Positions 47,963-57,626 of a stretch of 64,000 nucleotides of DNA are shown piece after piece. Numbering within the stretch: position 1 is the stretch's first letter; the number at the start of each line of letters is the position of its first letter. Made by a program: the position numbers and the translations under genes. The notes beneath the pieces were generated by a model that was not told the origin of the DNA, did no database searches, and worked only from the letters and a program-made list of their open reading frames with translations. This stretch comes from a virus (lineage: Duplodnaviria; Caudoviricetes): the IMG/VR virus record IMGVR_UViG_3300039076_000082, positions 20,956-84,955 of that record, one strand, 5' to 3'.

Positions 47963-49306
47963 TTAGGCTTGTGCCGCTACAGGTTCAATGTAACGAATTA
48001 CAGAGATTGATCCCGGCTTAGAAGTGAATAATGCTTGGTCAGAGTAAGCTCTTGCTTGGTATCCGTTAGCTTCTTCAAGGTATCTGATTGGATCACCTTC
48101 AAATCCCGGTGGTTCCATAGTAACGTCTGTAGCACCAATACGAGAAAGGTCTTTAGCGTTAAATACGAAAGCGTATCCACCTTTTACATAAGTAGAAGGA
48201 ACGATAGTGATAGCACCAGTTTGTCCGTAGAACTCAAGTGCTCTAGCACCTTCTTTTAGAGTTCCAACTTCAGAACCAGAGTAACGTCTCTTAGCAGCTT
48301 GGTCTTCAAGTAAGTCATTCCACTGGTCAACAGAAACCATACAGTCCATGTTAGCCGAAGCTACACCTTTTTCAGCAGAACGAGCCGCAGCTTTTTCTAC
48401 AGTCAAGAAGTCTAGTTTTGCAGGAGTTGCTTGAGTACCACAGTCAACGATGTTACCTTGGAAAAGAGGTACACCAGCGTTAGAGATTGAGAACAATGAA
48501 GTTCTTTCTTCTGCAATTGACTTTAGACCTTTCATGTTAAGGTGAGTTGGAGTTACACCAGCAAGTACTTCCCCTTGGAAGAAAAGTTTATCACCAGCTA
48601 CGATAGTCGTAGAAGCGTTAGTTGTTGGTTGATTAGTAGCGTCTACAGTTTGTAGAATTACTTGCTTCTTCTCGAAAGAGTAAGAATCAACGATCATAGC
48701 AACTGCACCAACGTGAGCACGTTTTACAGCAAGAGTTGAACTTAAAGCATCAATTTTGTGCTTGTTAGTACCAACCCAAATACCTGAAGCCCATTCTGCT
48801 TCTTCGATATCAACTACGATTTTAGAAGTATCTGTATCTAAAGCCGCAGCTTTAACGATACCGATTGAATCTTGTCCATAAAGTAGAGCTACCTCTAGTC
48901 TGTGGTACATAGATTTTTGCATATTTCCAATTAGAAGTCTAAGACCTCTTTTGAAAGAGTTAGAATCTTTAGCAGAACGGTTAACCGCACCAACTGAGAT
49001 TGCTGAACGTAGTACCATCTCAACAGATGTTACTTTTGCATCTTGAATAGATAGACCAACATATTTGTTAAGGTCGAAGATAGAAGCTTGAGTACCACCG
49101 TAAGTAAAACCACCTTCCATAGATAGAACAACTGGCTCATGGAACTCACGACCAACTTGCTTATCACCAGCAGCGAATTTTACTAGATCACACATTTTTA
49201 ATTCAGCAGGTACAAGATCCTTAAACTCACCATAAATTTCTTTATAGTTAGCAATGATATCTTGCATGTTAATCCCACCGGGAGCACTTGTATTAGGTAA
49301 AGACAT
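47963..49306 (-). CDS. major capsid protein
   Basis: 447 aa after scaffold, own promoter and terminator, strong codon bias (GCT/GGT/AAC/TAC/TTC). Confidence 0.85.
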   Translation of the reverse strand: MSLPNTSAPGGINMQDIIANYKEIYGEFKDLVPAELKMCDLVKFAAGDKQVGREFHEPVVLSMEGGFTYGGTQASIFDLNKYVGLSIQDAKVTSVEMVLRSAISVGAVNRSAKDSNSFKRGLRLLIGNMQKSMYHRLEVALLYGQDSIGIVKAAALDTDTSKIVVDIEEAEWASGIWVGTNKHKIDALSSTLAVKRAHVGAVAMIVDSYSFEKKQVILQTVDATNQPTTNASTTIVAGDKLFFQGEVLAGVTPTHLNMKGLKSIAEERTSLFSISNAGVPLFQGNIVDCGTQATPAKLDFLTVEKAAARSAEKGVASANMDCMVSVDQWNDLLEDQAAKRRYSGSEVGTLKEGARALEFYGQTGAITIVPSTYVKGGYAFVFNAKDLSRIGATDVTMEPPGFEGDPIRYLEEANGYQARAYSDQALFTSKPGSISVIRYIEPVAAQA

Positions 49307-49468
49307 TTTAATTTTCCTTGTTAGTTAATTTTTTGTTGTTTTTGTTAAAGTTTGTTGGTATAATGTATCTGAACTGTAATTTCCACACTTACGGTATCAA
49401 TTAATCCAAATGGGTATAATCGAATCTCATTGTTACTTCTTATCTGCTCGATAAAATAGACCTTCACA

Positions 49469-49488
49469 TATTATAGGTTAATTTTTTT
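49469..49488 (-). promoter_or_regulatory. late promoter motif copy upstream of major capsid gene
   Basis: TTAACCTATAATA preceded by A-tract. Confidence 0.7.
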
Positions 49489-49509
49489 ATTACTTATTCT
49501 AAAGAAATT

Positions 49510-49538
49510 GAGCATTTCCATAAGAAAATGCTCTTTTT
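49510..49538. terminator. hairpin after scaffold gene (possible terminator)
   Basis: GAGCATTT/AAATGCTC stem with T-run on plus side and weak T-run on minus side. Confidence 0.45.
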
Positions 49539-49555
49539 CCTAATAATTCAATTAC

Positions 49556-50521
49556 TTATCTCCAAACATCTTCAAAAGATTTTTTTGGTTTACTGTTCTG
49601 AATTTGTTGATTTTGCTTGACAGAATTAGCACTTGGAGCGACTACTTGCGTACTAGTTACTGGTGGAGCCTTCTTAGCAGGTACTTTAGGTGCAGGTTTA
49701 GCTACCTTTTTAGCAATTTTATCAATTACGTTTTGGTTTAGAAACTTAGCCAAAAACTCTTCAGGCATACTATCCAAATACTCATTCATCTCTTCTTTCA
49801 TCTCTTTTTCTACAAGAGGAATTACTTGAGAAGCGGTGATATCAGGAAATTTCTCAGAATACCTCGCCATCATATCGGCTACTTTTCTTTCAGTTTTTTC
49901 TGTATATTTAAGACCCGGATGCCCTTCAAATGCGTCTTTAATCTCACTTCTAAGAGCTTCATACGCTTGCTGATTCTCTTTTTCAGCTTGTTGTTGCGCT
50001 AATTGCTCCTGAAGTTTTCTTTCTTTTTCCTCGTATTCCATTAGTTTACGTTGCTGTTCTTCGTACTTCTTCTCTTCTGGAGTCTTTTTTAACTCGTCTA
50101 CTTCTTTTTGAATACGCTTCTCAGCATAATCCAATGGGTCCATCTCTAAATCTTGAAATAATAGGTCAGGGTTACTCTTCCAAGCGTTAATTTTAGCTTG
50201 TAGATTCTTGACCATTTGAGCATGAGTTTGGGACAAGTCACCAAAGGCTGCTGCTTTTTGTAGTTCTTTTCTAACTTCTTCTTCATTTGATAAGTCAATT
50301 GATTTTTTAACAGATTTACCGTTAACTTTTAACTCAAACTCTTTCAGCATTTGTTGCACTTGTTTAGGCGTTGCGCCTTCAGACAATGCTTCTTCGACCT
50401 GTTCTTGAAAATCGCTTACAATTTCTTGTTGAAGTTGAGAAGAGCTTTCTTCTCCTGCCGGTTGATCTACTTGTGGTAAATCTTCAGATACTTCTTGTGT
50501 TGTTTCTACTGGTGCACTCAT
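49556..50521 (-). CDS. capsid scaffolding protein
   Basis: Acidic coiled coil with K.KVNG motif; between portal and major capsid genes. Confidence 0.75.
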   Translation of the reverse strand: MSAPVETTQEVSEDLPQVDQPAGEESSSQLQQEIVSDFQEQVEEALSEGATPKQVQQMLKEFELKVNGKSVKKSIDLSNEEEVRKELQKAAAFGDLSQTHAQMVKNLQAKINAWKSNPDLLFQDLEMDPLDYAEKRIQKEVDELKKTPEEKKYEEQQRKLMEYEEKERKLQEQLAQQQAEKENQQAYEALRSEIKDAFEGHPGLKYTEKTERKVADMMARYSEKFPDITASQVIPLVEKEMKEEMNEYLDSMPEEFLAKFLNQNVIDKIAKKVAKPAPKVPAKKAPPVTSTQVVAPSANSVKQNQQIQNSKPKKSFEDVWR

Positions 50522-50577
50522 TTTTTATCTCCTAACTTAGTGGTCCATAATTGGATACACTGTTAATATTCGTCCCA

Positions 50578-51483
50578 TTATTGGGATAGAATTTCTTGTT
50601 TTTTCTCATATAAAGTTACCCATGATTCATTATCATAAGTACCATCAAAACTATTATACTTGGTACAGTTCTCTTCAGCAGTTAGTATTTGTAAATTCCA
50701 AGGGACATGAAGTCCGCAAACTAATTTATGTTTAAGAGGTATAATATGATCTACGTGATACTTATAAGTAGTTACTCGCTGATACATACTACAACGTTTA
50801 TATATCATATCAAATTCTTTATTCAAATTTGGTAACTTCAAAACTGCATGAAGCTTTTCAGCTCTTCTTTGCGCAGTCTTTCTTAAATAAAGATGAGGAT
50901 TCTTTTTTCTTAGCTTACTAGAGCATTCTTTATATATACTTTTATTTTTAGCTCTACGTTTTATATTTAGAATAAGTTCTCTATGTTTATAACATTTTTC
51001 ACTACAGGTTACAATGTTAGTTACTCTTCTTATAAATAGTTTACTACAATTTTTACAATTAGAATAATTAATTTTAGTTCTAATCTCCCTAATTGGAATC
51101 CTTTTATGTTTATTTTTTAATCTAGCCGTTCTTTTTCTTTCAGCAGATCGTCTATTTTTATATAATCTCCAACATTCATCATTACATACTATATTATTAT
51201 GGTTACTGGTACTAAATTGTTTATGGCATTGTACACATTTACGAACATATTCTTTATTCTTTAAATATTTAATATCTCTACATTTATCTGAACAAATTTT
51301 TTGAGAATTTACTCTTTTTATAAAAATAATATTACATTCTAAACAATTTGCATAGCTAATTTTAGTAAATCGCCTATAAAGATTATCATACGTGGATTGT
51401 TGATAGCAGTTTTTACTGCAATATTTTTGCCTATTATTACTATTAACAAAAGAAATATTACAACGAACGCAGGTTTTAGTCAT
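50578..51483 (-). CDS. HNH endonuclease with four N-terminal Cys4 repeats
   Basis: CxxC...CS..C x4; HVDHIIPL...CGLHVPWNLQIL...N..K. Confidence 0.9.
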   Translation of the reverse strand: MTKTCVRCNISFVNSNNRQKYCSKNCYQQSTYDNLYRRFTKISYANCLECNIIFIKRVNSQKICSDKCRDIKYLKNKEYVRKCVQCHKQFSTSNHNNIVCNDECWRLYKNRRSAERKRTARLKNKHKRIPIREIRTKINYSNCKNCSKLFIRRVTNIVTCSEKCYKHRELILNIKRRAKNKSIYKECSSKLRKKNPHLYLRKTAQRRAEKLHAVLKLPNLNKEFDMIYKRCSMYQRVTTYKYHVDHIIPLKHKLVCGLHVPWNLQILTAEENCTKYNSFDGTYDNESWVTLYEKKQEILSQ

Positions 51484-51832
51484 TTATATTTTCATTTTCT
51501 TTTTGTTGTTCTTTTTTTAGTCTTCTATTTTCCGATTCCGAGAACCCCTTATTACATAAACCAAATGAGCGATTTCTGGACTCAGTTTCTAGCTCAATTC
51601 CTAAGTGAGAGAGGTGTTTTCTAACAGTACGTTTCAGTACGTTCATGTTATTAATATTCTCTCCACCTTCGTATTTACGTTGTGAAACCATGTTCCTAAT
51701 TAAATATGTTTTAGTTTCAAGATCAATAAATACATGATATCTAGCACCTGTTTTAGAAATCAATTCATTTTTAGTAACAAGCTTTGTATCTTTTTTAACG
51801 TATCTAATTCTTTGCTTAATTTTCTTAGTCAT
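51476..51832 (-). CDS. hypothetical basic protein
   Basis: 118 aa after portal. Confidence 0.7.
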   Translation of the reverse strand: MTKKIKQRIRYVKKDTKLVTKNELISKTGARYHVFIDLETKTYLIRNMVSQRKYEGGENINNMNVLKRTVRKHLSHLGIELETESRNRSFGLCNKGFSESENRRLKKEQQKENENIND

Positions 51833-51835
51833 AAC

Positions 51836-54800
51836 TTATCCTTGTTGAGCCATAAGTTGTTCAGGCGTTTGTGGCATATTCTCAAACTGTCCCGGTGGTT
51901 TAGCTGGTTGTGGTAAATTAGGAACTCCTGCTACTTGATCTTGTATTTGCATTTGTGGAGCAATATCTGTAGATTGAGTAGAAGGTTGTGTAGGAGCATT
52001 AGGAGAACCACCTATTGGTCCAACTGGTTGTTCACCATTGATAGCTAACAATGTAGGATCAGTTTCTCTTAACATGACAATGTGCTCATTAATATGGGCT
52101 AATGTGCGTTCTACTAAATCTTTATCAAATCGTAAAACAGGATCAGATAGTACCGATTTATGTTCTCTAATGTGCATAGCATGAGCATCTAAAGCAATAG
52201 CAATAACAGGTTCTCCCATCAATAGCGCTTCATTTTCAGTATTAATTACGTCTAGTTCATTAGTAGTCCCATCAATAAGAGATTCTAAATTACCCGTATT
52301 AAGAAGCTGTAATAGCTTTTCAGGAGTCTTAATCAATCCCATCTGTAAAAGGTTCTCTGCTACTTGCCAACGTCCGGCATGAGTATTATGAGTTACTGTA
52401 TAATCTCCTAAAACAAAATGTGGTTCTTCTTCTAAAGTAAATCCATAGTAAGTACCTTTACCGATTGAAACTAGTTCAATGCCGTAATTTAACCAATTAC
52501 TATTTTTAGAAACTTCTTCTACTTTTTTTCTTTCAATACGAGTAGGTATTCTCCAAGTATCTCCTCCAATGGTAATGATATGGAAATAAGATACTTTATT
52601 ATTAAAACTACAAACTCTACTTTCCTCTTTGATAGAGGCATAGAATCCTAAAGACCTAGCTAAACTTACTACAGCGTGTGCAATCTTAGGACATTTTTGA
52701 TAAAATACAAAAGTTTGTTGTGCTAAAGTACCGTCAGTATCAATGAGACCTGCCAACAATTGAAGTCTATCTTCTTCCGAAGAAGTCATATAGATATGAG
52801 GAATATGTTTATTTTTATAAACATTTAATGTATGTAAATCATTAATAAACGAATTTCTTAATGCACTACCATTTTGTTTACCCGAAGTAATCTGATAACT
52901 TGAAGCTTTACCGGAACTCTTGCTCTTAGATTTTTTAAATTTTAATCCTCTAGATTCAGCTTCAACTTTCCACGATTCTATTATTTCAGAATCCATGCTA
53001 GTTATACCAGCTCTACTATTATCACCATCACCTAACCAAGTTCCGAAAATATAAGGATCAATTGGTAATTCTTTTTTAGAATAATCGATTTTAGTTCTAA
53101 ATCCCATTAACAAGCGTTGCTGTCTTTCAGGTAAAGCTAAATAATCATTAATAGTAATATCAATCACATCACCTTTTTTAGCATTATATCTAGTATCGTC
53201 AGAACAGTAACGAAGTGTCATGATATGGGATCTATTTGCAGTATATACAAGTTCTTTCGTTCGTTTAGAACGAACTTCAAACATTTCTTCTTGTCCCTGA
53301 CCTTTAGCTTCTACAGTTCTTACTTGAGAATCTGGTCCCATTACTTTATCACCAACTTTAATATCTTGCGACATTTTAAATGTACCATCAAACATCAATA
53401 CAGGAGTATCTTTTGCTAGACACGCCATAATTGCATTACCTACATCTACAGTAACTCTATCGATAGCTACAATATCATCGTTATTAAACTGTTTAATCCT
53501 TTGAGAGTTATTAATACCAGCAATAGAAACGATTCTAGGTTCATCAGCAAACTCCTTCAATAAGTTAATCATGAATGTACCAGCATCTTCTAACAATTGA
53601 ATATACGATTGTTGAAGTCCTGTCATATACTGAAGTGATTGAGCTTGAACAAGAGCTAAAGCTGTACCAGACTTAAGCGAAGCTTCTGGATTCCCTCTTG
53701 ATACAGAGTTAACTCCAGAAATAGTCTCCATTACTTTTTCAAGTAAGCCAATTAAGTTATAAGATTCAGGAGATGATTTCGTTAATTGAAGCGCTTCTGG
53801 CTTTCCTTCACTAGCATCGTAATCAATCCAGTTCATCCCATCTGAAATTTGTGTAAACTTGACATTATTCCCAATTGGATTTAAAATATTCTGCACACCG
53901 AAAGCATTATGGTTAGTTAAAACCGTAGAGTAAACGCTGTTAATTGCATCTTGAATAGGAAGTAAATCAAACATTGGCGTATAACCAAAAGACGAGCCAA
54001 GAATATCACTTGGAGAAATCCTTTGGATAGGTAAATCAGGATAAGGTAGGATAGCATCTTCCATTACTGTCTCACGATCAGCATACATGATCATACGACC
54101 TTCTGGAAGTGATTCTGTAGACCTATGGAAGAATAGGTAAACCGGAATATCGGTTGTCTCGTTATAAGGCGTTAAACAAATTCTCTTAGTCATTGCGTTT
54201 TTAGTTTCAATAGCTAAAAGTTGCTGTTTTAGCTCAGGATATTTAGCAATTAAGTCAAATTTATTAATAAAAACTCTAGCTAAGTACCAATCGTTTAGCT
54301 CAGGATCGTCTTTAGTAAAATCGAATAGTACATCTAGTGGAGAAAGTACTCGACAAGTAATATCCCCAGCAAAAATAGGAGTACCATTAACTACAGCCCC
54401 ATCAATATCCAATGGTTCGTTAGTTTCTTCGTCATAAGACTCGATCAAATCTTCGTTAATATCGTTTCTACCGATTAGGCGACCTTTAGTACCATTCCAC
54501 TCAGTTAAAAGATATCCAGTTCCCATTACAATAGAGTATTCTGTAGCTTTTTTGAACTTACGCTCAAATCTAGCAGTTCTCATGTAATAGCTAAGGATTC
54601 CATTACCTAATTGAGCTTGAATTAAAGACTTTCTATCACCATTTACAGCAGTACAAGTAAAAGCAGGACGAGAACCTGTGATATTAACAAGAATATGTTG
54701 TGCAATGTTGCGATAGTGGGCAATTGGCATACTAAGTAACTCACCAGACTCACCAGCAAAAGTAATATCATGAGAATTATCGTAGAATTGACCGTAATAA

Positions 54801-54934
54801 TATGCCCATGAAGTAACCATCTTCATTAGAAGACCGTTTTTTTGGATATGATTATACCATCCGTTAGCTTTGTCCTCTAAATAGTTAATAGTTTCTTCAG
54901 CTTTATCAGCCGCAAAGTAAATGTTATTAGACAT
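51836..54934 (-). CDS. portal protein containing an intein (686 aa predicted after splicing)
   Basis: Directly downstream of terminase; size and helical character; intein at residues 505-850. Confidence 0.85.
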   Translation of the reverse strand: MSNNIYFAADKAEETINYLEDKANGWYNHIQKNGLLMKMVTSWAYYYGQFYDNSHDITFAGESGELLSMPIAHYRNIAQHILVNITGSRPAFTCTAVNGDRKSLIQAQLGNGILSYYMRTARFERKFKKATEYSIVMGTGYLLTEWNGTKGRLIGRNDINEDLIESYDEETNEPLDIDGAVVNGTPIFAGDITCRVLSPLDVLFDFTKDDPELNDWYLARVFINKFDLIAKYPELKQQLLAIETKNAMTKRICLTPYNETTDIPVYLFFHRSTESLPEGRMIMYADRETVMEDAILPYPDLPIQRISPSDILGSSFGYTPMFDLLPIQDAINSVYSTVLTNHNAFGVQNILNPIGNNVKFTQISDGMNWIDYDASEGKPEALQLTKSSPESYNLIGLLEKVMETISGVNSVSRGNPEASLKSGTALALVQAQSLQYMTGLQQSYIQLLEDAGTFMINLLKEFADEPRIVSIAGINNSQRIKQFNNDDIVAIDRVTVDVGNAIMACLAKDTPVLMFDGTFKMSQDIKVGDKVMGPDSQVRTVEAKGQGQEEMFEVRSKRTKELVYTANRSHIMTLRYCSDDTRYNAKKGDVIDITINDYLALPERQQRLLMGFRTKIDYSKKELPIDPYIFGTWLGDGDNSRAGITSMDSEIIESWKVEAESRGLKFKKSKSKSSGKASSYQITSGKQNGSALRNSFINDLHTLNVYKNKHIPHIYMTSSEEDRLQLLAGLIDTDGTLAQQTFVFYQKCPKIAHAVVSLARSLGFYASIKEESRVCSFNNKVSYFHIITIGGDTWRIPTRIERKKVEEVSKNSNWLNYGIELVSIGKGTYYGFTLEEEPHFVLGDYTVTHNTHAGRWQVAENLLQMGLIKTPEKLLQLLNTGNLESLIDGTTNELDVINTENEALLMGEPVIAIALDAHAMHIREHKSVLSDPVLRFDKDLVERTLAHINEHIVMLRETDPTLLAINGEQPVGPIGGSPNAPTQPSTQSTDIAPQMQIQDQVAGVPNLPQPAKPPGQFENMPQTPEQLMAQQG
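52385..53422 (-). mobile_element. 346-aa intein with LAGLIDADG homing endonuclease
   Basis: Block A CLAKDTPV, block B TANRSH, LAGLIDTDG, C-terminal THN followed by +1 Thr. Confidence 0.95.
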
Positions 54935-56459
54935 ATTTACGTTTCCTTTTTATCCCTACAAGTTTATCCATCATTCTTTGAGTAGAGGTTTGATTATTTA
55001 TTATATTTCCGTGTTGACTTTCACCAATAACTGAGTTAGCATCAGGATAAGGATTGTGATTTTGTTTAACATTCCTTACTAGATATAAGGTTGCCGCAAG
55101 GGCATCACAGTGACCCCCTTTTATATCACCATCAATTGAATCTGTCAAGTGGGCAAATTCTTTTTTTCCAGTTTTATTATCTTTCCATTGAGCATTTTCT
55201 ATATGGTATATAGTATGTTTACATCTTGGATGGATTTTCAATCTACCTTCCTCAATTAAAACTCTTAATTCATTGACCGATCCGATTAAGTTATCTTTTT
55301 TTGTTGCAGAAAATTGTAAATTATGAAGTATTCTAAAATCATCGATCATTTGTAAGTTATTATCCATTACTCTTTTGAATACTTTGCGTTGATTTCCGTA
55401 TTCATCAACAAATCTTAATTTTTCTTTAGCTTTAATAGCTTCAGCAACAGTAGCGGTAGTCATTTCTGACCCATTACCTACCCACTCATCTATAATATAA
55501 ACAGTAGCCTCTTTAAAATCATAATACCCAAATACAAAAACCGTAAGGTCACGTTTACCGTGATCTCCTCCGACATATAAATCACAATATTGAGGTAATT
55601 TAATATCTAACGGCTTTCTATCTTCATCTCTTAATAAAATATGATTCCTATGCTCGTAAAACTCTGGAACAATTGTGTTTTCCGTAGCTCTAGGTATCTC
55701 TACTAAATATTCACATCTAAATCTTGGATCTTCTGTTCCTTTTTTATATCGAGCAATGATCTTATCTTTCTCTTTATCATTTAACATTGGGGAATCGTAA
55801 ATGGTAAACTTAACTACATTATCCGACCCCTCATTAGGAAATACATATTCGGTATGGAAGCTATGTTGAGGTAGGTTAAAGTTAGGAGTAGAAGTCATAA
55901 TTAATTTACCCCCGGTTGTATCCACCAACGGTAATAAAACCGATTGAATTACGTTTAAAAAATCGTCCATGAAAGCTGCTTCATCGCAAATGAGCAAATG
56001 CGCATAAGAACCTCGTAAACTTTCCACATTACCGGCATCCGTACCAGCGATATCGATAGTAGCACCGTTAGGAAACTCTAATTTATTATCTCCCGCTTTC
56101 CAAAGCTTATTTATATCAAATTCAGGAGGAGCATCAGCAAATATAATTCTCAAAGCAGGAAGAATGATACTCTTTACCATTTTTTGAGTAGGGCAAGCAT
56201 ATTTAACAACCGCTAGTGGAGTTTGAATACAAACTTCTAAAGCAGCTATAAGATTTGAAAATGATTTTCCGAACCTCCTGCTACAAAGAACAACTGATAC
56301 GTCTTTAGTTTGATCAGTAATATCATTATAAATATCAACTTGTTTACCTTTAAGTTTCCAAGCTAAATCACCTTGTCTCCAAAGTTCGTGTTTAGCCTTG
56401 ACAATCTCAGGGTCTTCTCTAGTATCAAGAATAACAGGCTTGAACTTCATCTTAGCCAT
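54927..56459 (-). CDS. terL: terminase large subunit
   Basis: Walker A SRRFGKS, Walker B LLICDEAAF, coupling motif TSTP, nuclease D (GDHG) and HCDALAA. Confidence 0.93.
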   Translation of the reverse strand: MAKMKFKPVILDTREDPEIVKAKHELWRQGDLAWKLKGKQVDIYNDITDQTKDVSVVLCSRRFGKSFSNLIAALEVCIQTPLAVVKYACPTQKMVKSIILPALRIIFADAPPEFDINKLWKAGDNKLEFPNGATIDIAGTDAGNVESLRGSYAHLLICDEAAFMDDFLNVIQSVLLPLVDTTGGKLIMTSTPNFNLPQHSFHTEYVFPNEGSDNVVKFTIYDSPMLNDKEKDKIIARYKKGTEDPRFRCEYLVEIPRATENTIVPEFYEHRNHILLRDEDRKPLDIKLPQYCDLYVGGDHGKRDLTVFVFGYYDFKEATVYIIDEWVGNGSEMTTATVAEAIKAKEKLRFVDEYGNQRKVFKRVMDNNLQMIDDFRILHNLQFSATKKDNLIGSVNELRVLIEEGRLKIHPRCKHTIYHIENAQWKDNKTGKKEFAHLTDSIDGDIKGGHCDALAATLYLVRNVKQNHNPYPDANSVIGESQHGNIINNQTSTQRMMDKLVGIKRKRKYV

Positions 56460-56845
56460 TAAACTTTACCACCAGTAATCAATCCGTACAGTTCTTCTTT
56501 AGTCTTAGGTTTCTCTTTAGGCTTCTTATCTACTTTAATACCACGAATGATACAAAGATTCCTATACAACACATCAAACATATTAATATCGTCTTTAGTT
56601 TGAATCTCATTCATTACCAATTTCTTAACAGACTCAATAGCTTTAACGCAAATGTACTCTTCATCACTCATAGGTTGAGCTAGTAAATGAGACAGGTCGT
56701 TATCACGAATAATTTTCTGTAGACTAGCTACTTGTTTTTCGAGTTCAATAACAATAGCTCCTAAATCTTTATCAGGAGTATCTTGCTTACCTTCGAGGTC
56801 AAAAGAGTAGTCAACAGTTTCTTTGGATTCTTTTTTCTTAGCCAT
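56459..56845 (-). CDS. hypothetical protein, candidate terminase small subunit
   Basis: 128 aa immediately upstream of terL; position only. Confidence 0.4.
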   Translation of the reverse strand: MAKKKESKETVDYSFDLEGKQDTPDKDLGAIVIELEKQVASLQKIIRDNDLSHLLAQPMSDEEYICVKAIESVKKLVMNEIQTKDDINMFDVLYRNLCIIRGIKVDKKPKEKPKTKEELYGLITGGKV

Positions 56846-56851
56846 ATTACT

Positions 56852-57109
56852 CTATTCTAAATTTAATAAGTCTCTAAAATAACAGCTTAACTCTAAGGGA
56901 GCTGGCACTATTTCATAAATTCCAACATCGGCTAATTGTTCACAGTCAATAAAACGAAATAATTTCGTTTTAGTATTATATCTTAGTATATGACCAGATT
57001 TGAAAGTGATTGTAATGCTCTCACTTTTAGGATCTCTAATGCTAGAGATAGTAGCAACATAATCTATGTTTTTAGTAGAGTGTATATCTTTAATTTTATT
57101 TAATTCCAT
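56852..57109 (-). CDS. hypothetical protein
   Basis: 85 aa, AGGAG RBS. Confidence 0.65.
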   Translation of the reverse strand: MELNKIKDIHSTKNIDYVATISSIRDPKSESITITFKSGHILRYNTKTKLFRFIDCEQLADVGIYEIVPAPLELSCYFRDLLNLE

Positions 57110-57122
57110 ATTATTCTCCTAA

Positions 57123-57470
57123 TTAAAATTTTAAATTTGAAATATTAGTAGTCTTAAGTCCAACTACAGTCTGAACTTGTTGTTTAACAGCTTCATTTTC
57201 TTTTTTAAGCTCATCTAGCTTATGGTTGACTACTTCAACATGAGATTTTGCAAACTCATTTAGCTGATTTTTAAATTCTTGTAATTGTTTTTCAGTTTCT
57301 TGACGAATATCAGGTTGTTTATTCTCTTCCAAATAGGTTTTTCCTGCAATATAAGCAAAAGATAGTACTAAAGCTGTGATAGATACAGAAGCTGAAGCCA
57401 TTCCTGATAAAGCAACTGCTAAAATTGTTAGAAAAATGACTAGTGGATGATGTTTTTCAAATTGATTCAT
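57123..57470 (-). CDS. membrane protein (two TM helices and coiled coil); first gene of late operon
   Basis: Hydrophobic N-terminus, heptad C-terminus. Confidence 0.7.
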   Translation of the reverse strand: MNQFEKHHPLVIFLTILAVALSGMASASVSITALVLSFAYIAGKTYLEENKQPDIRQETEKQLQEFKNQLNEFAKSHVEVVNHKLDELKKENEAVKQQVQTVVGLKTTNISNLKF

Positions 57471-57482
57471 AAGACCCTCATG

Positions 57483-57500
57483 TATTATAGGTTAAATTTT
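57483..57500 (-). promoter_or_regulatory. late promoter motif copy heading the packaging operon
   Basis: TTAACCTATAATA. Confidence 0.7.
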
Positions 57501-57591
57501 GATGTAATAACTGTAAAATATTGATTTTTTATTAGATTTTACTGTAAAAATACTAATTTACATGATTTTTTACGATATGTCAACATTTTTA

Positions 57592-57620
57592 TTGACTATT
57601 TTACCAATATTGTGTATATT
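57592..57620 (+). promoter_or_regulatory. sigma70-type promoter
   Basis: TTGACT-17 nt-TATATT. Confidence 0.55.
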
Positions 57621-57626
57621 TTATAG

